From an uncultured Thermofilaceae archaeon (GTDB lineage Archaea > Thermoproteota > Thermoprotei > Thermofilales > B69-G16): 64,000 nucleotides of DNA. This document shows, one piece after another, positions 50,953-59,954 of the stretch (positions within the stretch are counted from its first letter, which is position 1; every line of letters starts with the position of its first letter). The stretch covers positions 4,311 to 68,310 of the forward strand of contig CAZCTW010000006.1 in the NCBI GenBank assembly GCA_964501905.1. The letters run 5' to 3'. Under the pieces are notes generated by a model. That model worked only from the letters and a program-made list of their open reading frames with translations, did no database searches and had not been told where the DNA came from. The translations under genes were made by a program, and so were the position numbers.

Positions 50953-51810
50953 ATGTATAGGAATAGATTGGTTACACTATCTCTCCTAGTGGTTTTTCTG
51001 CTAGCCTTTCTACACTTAATAACCTATTTCTTGCCTAGCGGAGGAGCTACTGAAGATTTTAATAATATTCCAGAGTTTTTCGTTGAGGCTATAAGGTACA
51101 GAAACGAGACTAACTATATCTTGGATAGAGCTGGCAGGGGGCTTGAACCCGAAAATTACACCATATCCGAGATACATTCTAAGTGTACCTATATTTCGAA
51201 GGTAATCAGCGAATTTCGTGAAACATTGAGAGAAGGAGATTTGGCAGAAAAATTAAGGAAAGCGTCTATATCGTATGAAAAAGCAGCGGAGAGCGCGGCT
51301 TTAACGGCTAATTCCTCCCGTATCATTGCTTTGGCTTTTAAGAAAACTGAAAAGGCATTAACTTTAGCTGCTTCCTGCGAAATAGATGCATCTTTAGATG
51401 TTTGGAAAGAGGCTGAACCCATAGTTTTAGAAGCTATAGCTGAGCTCGAGTCCATGTATAATATCTTGGAAGAAGATAACTCTGATTATCTTCTCTCCGA
51501 GAAACACGTGGAAATTTACGACAGAGCTGTGGAGTTAACGTCTAAGCTTTTATCGTCTCTTAGAGAAGCCTATAAAACGATGGAACTAGTTGAAGAATAC
51601 AGCGCGGAGCTAAAGGAGTTGTGTAAAGGAGGAGTTCCCTGCGGTAAGTTAAAGACTGCGGCTATAGGCTTAAACCCGGGGGCTGGAGGCAGATTTGGCT
51701 ATTTAATAGCCTCTATTAAATCTAAAATTTTAAGTTACGGAGCACGCGGGAACGGTGGTAATGGTGTTGGAGGAGGGGCAGGCTATACTCCTCCTTCAAG
51801 CGATGATTAA
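50953..51810 (+). CDS. Hypothetical secreted/anchored helical protein with Gly-rich C-terminus
   Basis: 285 aa with an N-terminal hydrophobic helix, a predominantly helical A/E/L/K-rich body and a GARGNGGNGVGGGAGYTPPSSDD tail. Its stop overlaps the next start (ATGATTAA). Confidence 0.6.
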   Translation: MYRNRLVTLSLLVVFLLAFLHLITYFLPSGGATEDFNNIPEFFVEAIRYRNETNYILDRAGRGLEPENYTISEIHSKCTYISKVISEFRETLREGDLAEKLRKASISYEKAAESAALTANSSRIIALAFKKTEKALTLAASCEIDASLDVWKEAEPIVLEAIAELESMYNILEEDNSDYLLSEKHVEIYDRAVELTSKLLSSLREAYKTMELVEEYSAELKELCKGGVPCGKLKTAAIGLNPGAGGRFGYLIASIKSKILSYGARGNGGNGVGGGAGYTPPSSDD

Positions 51811-52708
51811 ACTTGAACGTCCGGAGTATGCCCTGCTTTTTATACCTACTGTTTTAGCTTACATTCTTTTCCTAATTTTCGCGGAGAGGAACTATTCTAA
51901 ACTTTTGAAAATTCTCATCCCTGCTGGAAGGAAGAGATGGATTAGGAAGTTGATAATTTTTTCTAAAATTTTTTTGATCCTGTTACTAACTTTTTCTTTA
52001 TGTCAACCCTATATAGAGAAAAGGGAGGTAAAACCTTTAGAAAAGGGAGATTTAGAGGCCATGAGGGAGAAAAAAGCTGCTCTAATTCTTCTAGTCGATG
52101 TTTCGAAGAGTATGTCTTATGAAGATAGGATAGGTAAAACGGAGTCTTTCCTTTCGAGTTTCCTATCTCAACTAGGGAATCTAGATGAGATGGTCGTAGC
52201 GGTTTTCGCTAAAGACGTCGAAGTAGTCTATAAGGGGCCTCCCTCTAATTTTAGCTTGTCGCTACACGCGGGACGGCGTTACAGCGCGATAGGAGATGCT
52301 CTTTCTTTCGCTTTTTCCTACGCTAAAGCAAGCGGCTTACCGGCGGGGGTGGTGCTGGTCACCGATGGCGGTTGGAATTATGGCTCTAACCCCGTTCACA
52401 TCGCTAAACTTTATGGGAAAATTCCTTTAGCAGTAGTTCATGTAGGTTATGGCGCCAGTAGCGATCCCGAGCTTTTAATGGAGGTTGCTGAAGCGGCGGG
52501 AGGGTGGTATTACGAAATTAACGAGGTGACTTTAGAAGTTCTTGAATCTCTGTCTGAGAACTTGTATAGTGAAGTTAAATATGCAGCTTTAACATCTAGC
52601 GGAGAAAGCCACGTAGAGTACGTAGTTAAAGATGATTCTTCGCCTCAGGCATTTATATGGGCGGTTTTCGCGCTGTTTTTAATTATATCATTGGCTGATG
52701 GTGTCTGA
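51803..52708 (+). CDS. vWA-domain membrane protein (BatA-like)
   Basis: N-terminus MIKLERPEYALLFIP... followed by TM helices, as in BatA-type proteins. MIDAS motif DVSKS in LILLVDVSKSMSYED. C-terminal TM helix. The longest ORF starts at 51755. Confidence 0.8.
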   Translation: MIKLERPEYALLFIPTVLAYILFLIFAERNYSKLLKILIPAGRKRWIRKLIIFSKIFLILLLTFSLCQPYIEKREVKPLEKGDLEAMREKKAALILLVDVSKSMSYEDRIGKTESFLSSFLSQLGNLDEMVVAVFAKDVEVVYKGPPSNFSLSLHAGRRYSAIGDALSFAFSYAKASGLPAGVVLVTDGGWNYGSNPVHIAKLYGKIPLAVVHVGYGASSDPELLMEVAEAAGGWYYEINEVTLEVLESLSENLYSEVKYAALTSSGESHVEYVVKDDSSPQAFIWAVFALFLIISLADGV

Positions 52709-53675
52709 GATGTTCTACTTTGAGAAAATTGAACTTCTGTGGGTTTTCCCGCTTCTAGCTCTGATTTTAGTGCTTCTCCATATTAAAGGCTATGAAATCT
52801 TCCTAGAGTACTCAAGGTTTTATCATCCTCTTGCCCGTTTTTTAAAGAAGAAGGGGAAAAGAGACAGGAGGTATTCTACTTTAATATTAAAGATTCTACT
52901 AGCGCTAATCATTTCAATGGCGATGGCTAACCCTTACGTATTAGAGGAGAAGAGAATTGAAGCGGAAGGATCAGAGGGTGAGCTCAAGTTAGAGGCTAGA
53001 CCTGCTGTTGTTTTAGTTTTAGATTCTTCGGGGAGTATGGGGGAATTTATAGATGGCGTCGTAAAGATGGAAGCTGCTAAGAAAGCGGTAGAAAGACTTT
53101 TGGAGGTAGCCCCGGAGGAAATAGATTTTGGGCTAGTGGTATTTGAGAGCAGAATTAAACTAGCAGTGCCTATAACGGGAAATAGGTCTAGGATACTCGG
53201 AGAAATGGGTAAGATCGAGGCTGGAGGAGGGACGGGCTACGGACCCGCTCTTTCCACGGCTCTCGTCTGGCTTAAACCCTATAGAGTTTTTAACGTTAGC
53301 TGTGCCGCTGTTTTGGTTTCTGATGGCATGCCGGGGGATAAGCCTGGCTATGAGAGAGTATTGGAGGAATACGTTAAATACGGAATTCCCATACACACGA
53401 TTTACATAGGGCGGGAGGGGGAGGCGGGCGAGAGAGAGGCGGCTATGATAGCGGAAAAGACAGGTGGCGGGCACTATACGGCTACTAGCGTGGATGGGCT
53501 AGTTAAGGCTTTTGAAAATATAGGAGAAAGAGTAAGCGAGTTAAAAGTTGAGACTAAAGTGTACACAAAAGTGAAAATTAAAAAATCTCTATCAAACTTT
53601 CTAGTCTTCATAGCTTTAATTCTTTTATTTTCGCTTTGGCTTGCTAGGTTTTACCACGCTAGAATATCTTTTTAA
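52698..53675 (+). CDS. vWA-domain membrane protein (BatB-like)
   Basis: N-terminus FYFEKIELLWVFPLL followed by TM helices. MIDAS motif DSSGS in VVLVLDSSGSMGE. GGGTGYGPAL. C-terminal TM helix. The start may be ATG 52710. Confidence 0.8.
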   Translation: MVSEMFYFEKIELLWVFPLLALILVLLHIKGYEIFLEYSRFYHPLARFLKKKGKRDRRYSTLILKILLALIISMAMANPYVLEEKRIEAEGSEGELKLEARPAVVLVLDSSGSMGEFIDGVVKMEAAKKAVERLLEVAPEEIDFGLVVFESRIKLAVPITGNRSRILGEMGKIEAGGGTGYGPALSTALVWLKPYRVFNVSCAAVLVSDGMPGDKPGYERVLEEYVKYGIPIHTIYIGREGEAGEREAAMIAEKTGGGHYTATSVDGLVKAFENIGERVSELKVETKVYTKVKIKKSLSNFLVFIALILLFSLWLARFYHARISF

Positions 53676-54329
53676 TCTCCTTAACCATGAATCCTCGCTT
53701 CTTAAATCTCCTAGAACAAAAAGAGCTAAGCCTATAACTGCTACATCAATTACTCTAGCTAGCTGTTCTCCCCCTATTTTAACTTTAGCTTTTATATTGA
53801 AACAGGCATTAAAGTAGAGAGGCGGGGGTGGTGGTACTGAGGGAGGCGGTGCTGGCGTAATGTTTTGAGACACCCCTGCTGTGCTTGAAAAATCGCCCTC
53901 TAGGTATGCTATGAGTATAAGAGACTCCTCTAACGCTAAATCCTGTATAACAACTTCTAGACTTTGAGGAGCTGTCCGTCTCGCTGGTTCAGCCCGTATA
54001 GAAATTTTCTTCAACAATTTTAAGACTTCTTCTCTTTCTAAATTATAAATTATTTTCTCCTTTCGAAGGTATTCTTTCTCCGGTATCACGAATAGAATAG
54101 CTTGATCGACTTGGGGGACGTTGTACGCGGTCATTTTAATATCAGCCGAAATCTCTACGTTTAGATTTCTCCGTAAGAGAATAGCCTCGCTCAAGCCCCA
54201 GTCTCCTTTCACAATGCTAAATCCATACGCGCACGTCGTCTGGTGGGGAGTTAAAAATGGTAGATGGAATAGCGTTAAAGAGGCGAAGAGTAGAGAAATA
54301 ATCACGAATAACCCAAACTCTCTCAACAT
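53625..54329 (-). CDS. Hypothetical bitopic membrane protein with Pro-rich segment
   Basis: 234 aa with N- and C-terminal hydrophobic helices and PAPPPSVPPPPP. It is the last gene of the MoxR-ABC operon; its start overlaps the permease stop by 1 nt. Confidence 0.55.
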   Translation of the reverse strand: MLREFGLFVIISLLFASLTLFHLPFLTPHQTTCAYGFSIVKGDWGLSEAILLRRNLNVEISADIKMTAYNVPQVDQAILFVIPEKEYLRKEKIIYNLEREEVLKLLKKISIRAEPARRTAPQSLEVVIQDLALEESLILIAYLEGDFSSTAGVSQNITPAPPPSVPPPPPLYFNACFNIKAKVKIGGEQLARVIDVAVIGLALFVLGDLRSEDSWLRRLKRYSSVVKPSKPKRK

Positions 54330-55114
54330 TATCCCACCTCTAACCTCCGTTTAGCATAGAGTATAACGAAGACGATTAACGCTAAGAGCACGGGTATATT
54401 CGCCGCTGCCGCTTCAATCCATCTGGCCCCAAGGTGGTTGAACATCACGAGGTAGTTGTAGGGGTAGAGTATCGCGAGCCATAAAACGTCTCTAGCGGAG
54501 GGTGTTACGTTATGGACTAGGGAGAAAAATATGGCTAAAGCTATGGTCATGATTAGCGGCAGTATAAGGTATTCGAAGAAGCCGGATGCGAGGGCTAAGC
54601 TTCTCTTCTTAAAGAGTAGGGACGCCGCTAAAACTATGAAACCGCCCGTGAGGACTTGGAGAACTAATAGGAGCATTTCTTCTCCGCTAACCCCAAATAA
54701 GAGGCGGGGCTCTACAACCAGTAATGGTATAGCCAGAGATATGAAGAACATTGTAGATGGGATTATTAGCGAGGCTATAATCCAAGATAACACGTAGGAG
54801 GAGCGGGAAATTGGATGGGAAAGATAGATTGTGGCGTCGCCTCTTTCAAGCTCCAACCCTAGCTGAGCCGCGGCGATCAACGTCACAATAGCATATAGAA
54901 ATCCTGTTATTCCTAGAACTGGCGCTAGTATTAGCCGTATTTGCGGCGTAACGAAGCCGCCAGTGTAATAGGGAGTGGCTTCCACGGCTATGTTTGGGAG
55001 CATCATCGAGAGGAAGACGGTCTGTACTATGGATAGCGCCGCCATGGCTATAAGCAACTCCTTTGACAGCATGCTCACTATGTAGGTGGAGTGGAGTAAA
55101 GCTTTAGAACGCAT
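54329..55114 (-). CDS. ABC-2-type transporter permease
   Basis: 261 aa with about 6 TM helices. Its start overlaps the 3' end of the ATPase gene by 11 nt. Confidence 0.7.
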   Translation of the reverse strand: MRSKALLHSTYIVSMLSKELLIAMAALSIVQTVFLSMMLPNIAVEATPYYTGGFVTPQIRLILAPVLGITGFLYAIVTLIAAAQLGLELERGDATIYLSHPISRSSYVLSWIIASLIIPSTMFFISLAIPLLVVEPRLLFGVSGEEMLLLVLQVLTGGFIVLAASLLFKKRSLALASGFFEYLILPLIMTIALAIFFSLVHNVTPSARDVLWLAILYPYNYLVMFNHLGARWIEAAAANIPVLLALIVFVILYAKRRLEVG

Positions 55115-56012
55115 ACCTCGACACCACTGCCTTATACATATCCTCTAGGTTGGCCGTCGTCAACTCTACGTTTTCTGCTCCAAGTTCGAACGCCTTATCT
55201 TCTATATTTTTCCAGTAGCCCGACTGAGTTCTAACGATTAAGTAGGAATCATGTATTTCGATTGCCTCCACGTACTCCTCGCGGACTAGGATGGAGGCTA
55301 GGCGCCTAGGCTTGACTGAGTATATTTTAAGTATTGCCTCTACTCCGTATCGTCCGGCTAAATCTCTCATCGAGCCGTAATCTAATATTCTGCCAACGCC
55401 GATGAATACTGCATAGTCGCAGACTTTCTGAAGCTCGAGCAGGATATGGCTTGAAATGATTATAGTCACGTCTAGCTCCTTCCTCAAATTTTTTATTAAA
55501 TTAAGTATTTCCATTCGAGCTAGAGGGTCTAGGTTGGCGGTCGGCTCGTCTAAGAGCAGCATCTCGGGATCTCCCAGCAAGGCTTGTGCCAACCCGAGTC
55601 TCTGCAAGTAACCTCTTGAAAGCGCGCGTATTTTTGCTTCTAGGTATTTCTCTAGACCAGTTATTGTCGCTACTCTTTTAACTTCTCTCAAATTTCTCCC
55701 TCTTAGTTTTGCTAGGTGAAGTAGGAGCTTGGATACTCTAACGTTTGGAGGATAAGCGGGTTTTTCGTGTAAAACTCCTATTTTCATTCTTGCTTCAACG
55801 CCGTTATTCCATGGGTCTAAGCCCAAAACCTCTACTTTCCCCCGGTTGCATTTCAGTAAGCCTGTAGCTATTTTTATCGAAGTTGTTTTCCCAGCTCCGT
55901 TGGGGCCTAAAAGCCCGGCTACTACTTTACGAGGTATTTCGAACGTAGCTCCTTGTAGAGCATAAGTTCTTCCAAACTTTTTGTATACATCTTCGAAGTA
56001 CAGAGCTCTCAT
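55104..56012 (-). CDS. ABC transporter ATP-binding protein (ABC-2/CcmA-like)
   Basis: Walker A GPNGAGKTT, signature LSRGYLQR and Walker B LLLDEPTANLD. Confidence 0.9.
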   Translation of the reverse strand: MRALYFEDVYKKFGRTYALQGATFEIPRKVVAGLLGPNGAGKTTSIKIATGLLKCNRGKVEVLGLDPWNNGVEARMKIGVLHEKPAYPPNVRVSKLLLHLAKLRGRNLREVKRVATITGLEKYLEAKIRALSRGYLQRLGLAQALLGDPEMLLLDEPTANLDPLARMEILNLIKNLRKELDVTIIISSHILLELQKVCDYAVFIGVGRILDYGSMRDLAGRYGVEAILKIYSVKPRRLASILVREEYVEAIEIHDSYLIVRTQSGYWKNIEDKAFELGAENVELTTANLEDMYKAVVSRYAF

Positions 56013-57094
56013 AGGGACACCCCTCGGGGTATGCTTACATTTAAACCAGCTACCTGCCCCGCGAATTTCAATCCCTCGGCTACTACCCTATAGCGGACTT
56101 CGTAACGCGCTGTTGACTCTACGGCTTCGGCGATTTTCTCTAAGCTAGGTAGAAGTCTATGATTTAAAACCGGGAAAGCCACGGCTTCTATATCGCCTTT
56201 TTCCACTTCATCCGAGCCTCGTATAGCGGCGTATGCTTTAGCTACTCTGAGAAGGGTGATGCCAGCTCTAGGGCTAGCTCCCAATTCAAAGTATTTAGCT
56301 GCTGATTCTAGAACTTGTGGCCTAGTGCAGGAGATAAAGCGTACGACGATCTCTAGAATTTCCTCAGATACATTCACTTTCTCCGCTATCGTTTCCTGTG
56401 CTTCTACTACCCAGCTAGGCTCTACGATAGGATTTAGATCTTCTACAGGTTCTGTAATCCGGGAGAGGTGTAGCCTATAGACGTGTTTCTCGACTTCTAA
56501 CCCTTTAGGGTAGCCTATTAGAATTCTAGTGGCAAATCTGTCAAGCTGCGCCTCAGGGAGGGGGTAGGTCCCTTCCTGCTCTACCGGGTTCTGAGTGGCT
56601 ATGACGAAAAAGAACTTTGACCTGCTTCTATCCTCGAGAGGGTATGTCTTACCCCCTATTGTTACCGAGCGCTCCTGCATTGCTTGGAGGAGAGCACTTT
56701 GAGTTCTGGGTATGGCTCTGTTTATCTCATCGGCTAGCAGTACATATGTGAATATTGGACCGAAGCGGGGCTCGAATTCTCTCGTCATGGGATTAAATAT
56801 TAGACTACCAGTTATGTCGCTTGGAAGCAGGTCAGGGGTGAATTGGATTCTACTCCATCCTTTAAAACCTACTCCATCTATACTCATCACGACATCTTCT
56901 CCTAATCCCATTAGGTAGGATAACCCCCTCGCGATGGTCGTCTTCGCGACTCCAGGAACTCCCTCGAGAAGTACGTGTCCGTTAGCGAGTAGAGTAGCTA
57001 GTAATATTTTAAGTTCCTCGTCTAAGCCCAAGACAACGCTACCTAAACTGTCTAGGAGTTCTGCTGTTTTTTCGGATATCTCTTGTATCTCCAA
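56009..57094 (-). CDS. moxR: MoxR-family AAA+ ATPase
   Basis: Walker A GVPGVAKTT and Walker B LLADEINRA. The QNPVEQEGTYPLPEAQLDRF motif is typical of MoxR. Its stop overlaps the ABC ATPase start (ATGA). Confidence 0.9.
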   Translation of the reverse strand: MEIQEISEKTAELLDSLGSVVLGLDEELKILLATLLANGHVLLEGVPGVAKTTIARGLSYLMGLGEDVVMSIDGVGFKGWSRIQFTPDLLPSDITGSLIFNPMTREFEPRFGPIFTYVLLADEINRAIPRTQSALLQAMQERSVTIGGKTYPLEDRSRSKFFFVIATQNPVEQEGTYPLPEAQLDRFATRILIGYPKGLEVEKHVYRLHLSRITEPVEDLNPIVEPSWVVEAQETIAEKVNVSEEILEIVVRFISCTRPQVLESAAKYFELGASPRAGITLLRVAKAYAAIRGSDEVEKGDIEAVAFPVLNHRLLPSLEKIAEAVESTARYEVRYRVVAEGLKFAGQVAGLNVSIPRGVSL

Positions 57095-57102
57095 ATTCCC
57101 AC

Positions 57103-57909
57103 CTACTCTAAAATCACGACGTCTCCCACTTTAAGCACCTGTCTCCACGGGACATGCACATACTCGCCCCATTCCATACACTCGCGTAATAACTCGTTTA
57201 CTTCCTTAGGTGCGTTCTCCATAACTTCCTTAACTTTAGATAGTTCTCTCACATCGATTTTAGGGTTTTTGTAAGGGTTTATCAACTCTGAGAACTTTTC
57301 CTCGAGCCGCCCATATCCGCGCCTTCTCAATTCCGCCGTAAACTTAAGCCAGTTTATCATAGAGGGGCTAGGACTTACCCTGATGGCCAGCTCTCCTGGA
57401 CCTATAGCAACTCCAACTACCACTCCAAAAAACCCCCTAGAAATGCTTAGAGCCAGTTTGTTTTTCACTTCTCTATAAGAGGGCTTCCTATGTTCTTTTA
57501 TCCCCCTGTACTTAGCTTCTCTAGGCGTCGAGAGCAATATAATGTACTCGTCAAATCCCTTATCTATCCAAGCTATTTCCTCTACTGGGAAAAATCCCTT
57601 TACTATTTTCTCCCGCCGCTCAGCTTTTTTCCTCGGCGGAGTCAAGCCTTCTTCTCTTGCCAAGGAAACGAGCTCCTGAAGATTTAAGCTGTGGACATTA
57701 AAACCCCTCTCAGCTAACCGCCTCCTCAACGCATCCTCGTCGACTACTTCGTCGCCCACGTCTACTTCTATAGAGGCCGCGAGCGTCACTTTATTGCCTT
57801 CAACTTTAACTTCTTCAACTCTCCCGTAGACATAACCTTCTGAATCCACCACTAGAGCCCCTACTATCTCTTCAGGAAGCAAGTAGAGCGATCTCCTAGA
57901 TACCATCAC
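57103..57909 (-). CDS. Hypothetical protein with PRC-barrel-like segments
   Basis: 268 aa. IVGALVVDSEGYVYGRVEEVKVEGNKVTL and C-terminal HVPWRQVLKVGDVVILE resemble PRC-barrel strands. It is the first gene of the operon, 8 nt upstream of moxR. Confidence 0.6.
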   Translation of the reverse strand: MMVSRRSLYLLPEEIVGALVVDSEGYVYGRVEEVKVEGNKVTLAASIEVDVGDEVVDEDALRRRLAERGFNVHSLNLQELVSLAREEGLTPPRKKAERREKIVKGFFPVEEIAWIDKGFDEYIILLSTPREAKYRGIKEHRKPSYREVKNKLALSISRGFFGVVVGVAIGPGELAIRVSPSPSMINWLKFTAELRRRGYGRLEEKFSELINPYKNPKIDVRELSKVKEVMENAPKEVNELLRECMEWGEYVHVPWRQVLKVGDVVILE

Positions 57910-57941
57910 TTTAAAAATAGCATAAAATATAATAAACTACT

Positions 57942-58799
57942 GTGGATGACCCCTGCAAGCGCTACTACAACCTAGTGAAAACAGCTTCCCTGAAAGCCGC
58001 TACTACTTTAGCCGGCTCATCTCCACTTCGTCGAATTGGTATAGGAGTTGAAGTAGAGGATTTTAGGAAATTCGCAGAAGGAGATGATGCTAGACGGATA
58101 GACTGGAGGATAACAGCTAGGAAGCCCTCTCCAAGCGGAGATTATGAACTTTTCGTTAAAGAGTATAGAGCTGAGAGGAATTTAAAGCCTATAGTTATTG
58201 TAGACGCAACTGCCTCTATGAACTTTTGGAATAAAGCTCTGACAGCGCTTTACGCAGCCTCGTTCATTCTCAACATACTCTCAGCTTTTGGCGATAAACC
58301 CTCGCTTCTCCTATTATCTGATAAAGTAGAAGTTTTTAGGAATATAAGCGCCGACGCGCTACCCTACCTACTGGCGAAGAAACTCTGTGAGGCTGAACCC
58401 AAGGGGGGTCTTACATTAACCGAGTGTACACAGTATGTGGGTTTGGAAAAACCCATCTTCGTTATCACCGACTACGCTCATTCCCTAGATGAATTAAAAG
58501 ACTTTCTCCGCTTCATCAAAGCGTCTAATACTCCAACAATGTTCATTCTAGTATCAGCTATAGAAGAAAAAACGGATTATGGATTGGCTAACATAACCTT
58601 CGTGGATCCCGAGAAAGGGTATTTCTTCACCTCTAAAGGATCCGTCTTCCAGAAGGAAGTAAACTTACACGTGAAAACCATAAAAAATATCCTTTCACTA
58701 CACAGCATATTTGTGGAGATCGAAGGACTAAAAAGCTTTACAGCTAAAAGCAATAAAATACTCCTCTGTATTGTAAAAGTTAGAGAAAAGTGTTACTAG
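57942..58799 (+). CDS. DUF58-family protein (vWA-like, MoxR-associated)
   Basis: DUF58 signature FRKFAEGDDARRIDWRITAR, followed by the vWA-like IVIVDATASM. GTG start. Confidence 0.8.
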   Translation: MDDPCKRYYNLVKTASLKAATTLAGSSPLRRIGIGVEVEDFRKFAEGDDARRIDWRITARKPSPSGDYELFVKEYRAERNLKPIVIVDATASMNFWNKALTALYAASFILNILSAFGDKPSLLLLSDKVEVFRNISADALPYLLAKKLCEAEPKGGLTLTECTQYVGLEKPIFVITDYAHSLDELKDFLRFIKASNTPTMFILVSAIEEKTDYGLANITFVDPEKGYFFTSKGSVFQKEVNLHVKTIKNILSLHSIFVEIEGLKSFTAKSNKILLCIVKVREKCY

Positions 58800-59180
58800 A
58801 CCTCACAATGTCTTTTGTAAGTCCATAGCCAATTCAAACTCCAATTATCTGGATAGCTATGTATGCCGCGTTTTACAGTGCTCGTGCCTTATTGACAATA
58901 AAATATTTTAAATCTGAATAAACAGGCTTCTACCAAGGGCTAGGTTAAAATGAATAAAATATTGATAAACGCATATTTATCCGAAATTAGAATATAGTAA
59001 TGGAAGCCCACGATATTGATAAAATCGAGAAGAGGGAGTAGTGAATAATTTATCTATTCAAACTCTCTTACATATAAGCAAGGTCATAGAGGTGAGAAGG
59101 GTATCAGCTAAAAATATGAATCCCCGATACTGATAATATATCCTCTAAGTTATCCTTAAAATGAGTCTCGCTGTGATCCT

Positions 59181-59936
59181 ATGCCGAGGGAATGGGGCGA
59201 TACGATAGAAAAACTGAGATTAATAGACGGTATAGTAGACTTTGCCCGCGGCTATATACAACTTTCCGTGATGTTAACAGTTATAAATGGAGAGAAAATA
59301 ATACCGGATTATACTGCTGAAAAATTAAAACTTCCTAGAAAAAGTGTAATAGATGCTATACAAAAACTTAAAAGAAAGGGGTTAATATGCAAAAAAGGTA
59401 ATATATACATGTTAACAGAAAAGGGGAAAAAATTCTCAAAGTTGCTCCAAGATATAGTGGGCTCTCTCTCCTCAATAAATTCGATAGATAAAATAATGGA
59501 ATCGTATAGGATAAGCGAAGCCGTACTGCTTATAGGAACGTCAACTAAAGAGTGGGTAGATATTAGAAGCGTCGCTAAACAGCTAGATTTAAAGCCCGAG
59601 CAACTTGAAAAATTAATAAAAACTCGAGCCGCAAATCTGGTAAAAATTAGAAAAATAGCTGACAGCACTCTCCTGGCTCTAACCTATGAAGGCGCCGAAC
59701 TATACGATTTATTGCTAGAAAGCATTAAATTGGGACCTCTCACCGCAAGAACTCTCTCCCTCTTAACGGGAACTCTAGACCCTAGGAATGCCCTGAGAAG
59801 GTTTATGGTAGCCTATCTTCTGGTATCAATACTAGTATTCCTAGAATTAACCCAGCCCCCCTACGGGCTCATCTCCGCCGTCGCCTGGGTCATAGCCTCA
59901 TTCTACTTAGCCTTCTTAATATACTCTAAAAAATAG
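59181..59936 (+). CDS. Putative membrane-tethered DNA-binding protein (two wHTH-like modules plus C-terminal TM helices)
   Basis: One wHTH-like segment is YTAEKLKLPRKSVIDAIQKLKRKGLICKKGNIYMLTEKG. A second is IRSVAKQLDLKPEQLEKLI.... The C-terminal hydrophobic segments are VAYLLVSILVFL and LISAVAWVIASFYLAFLIY. Confidence 0.6.
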   Translation: MPREWGDTIEKLRLIDGIVDFARGYIQLSVMLTVINGEKIIPDYTAEKLKLPRKSVIDAIQKLKRKGLICKKGNIYMLTEKGKKFSKLLQDIVGSLSSINSIDKIMESYRISEAVLLIGTSTKEWVDIRSVAKQLDLKPEQLEKLIKTRAANLVKIRKIADSTLLALTYEGAELYDLLLESIKLGPLTARTLSLLTGTLDPRNALRRFMVAYLLVSILVFLELTQPPYGLISAVAWVIASFYLAFLIYSKK

Positions 59937-59954
59937 ATAAAATGCGACGATATC

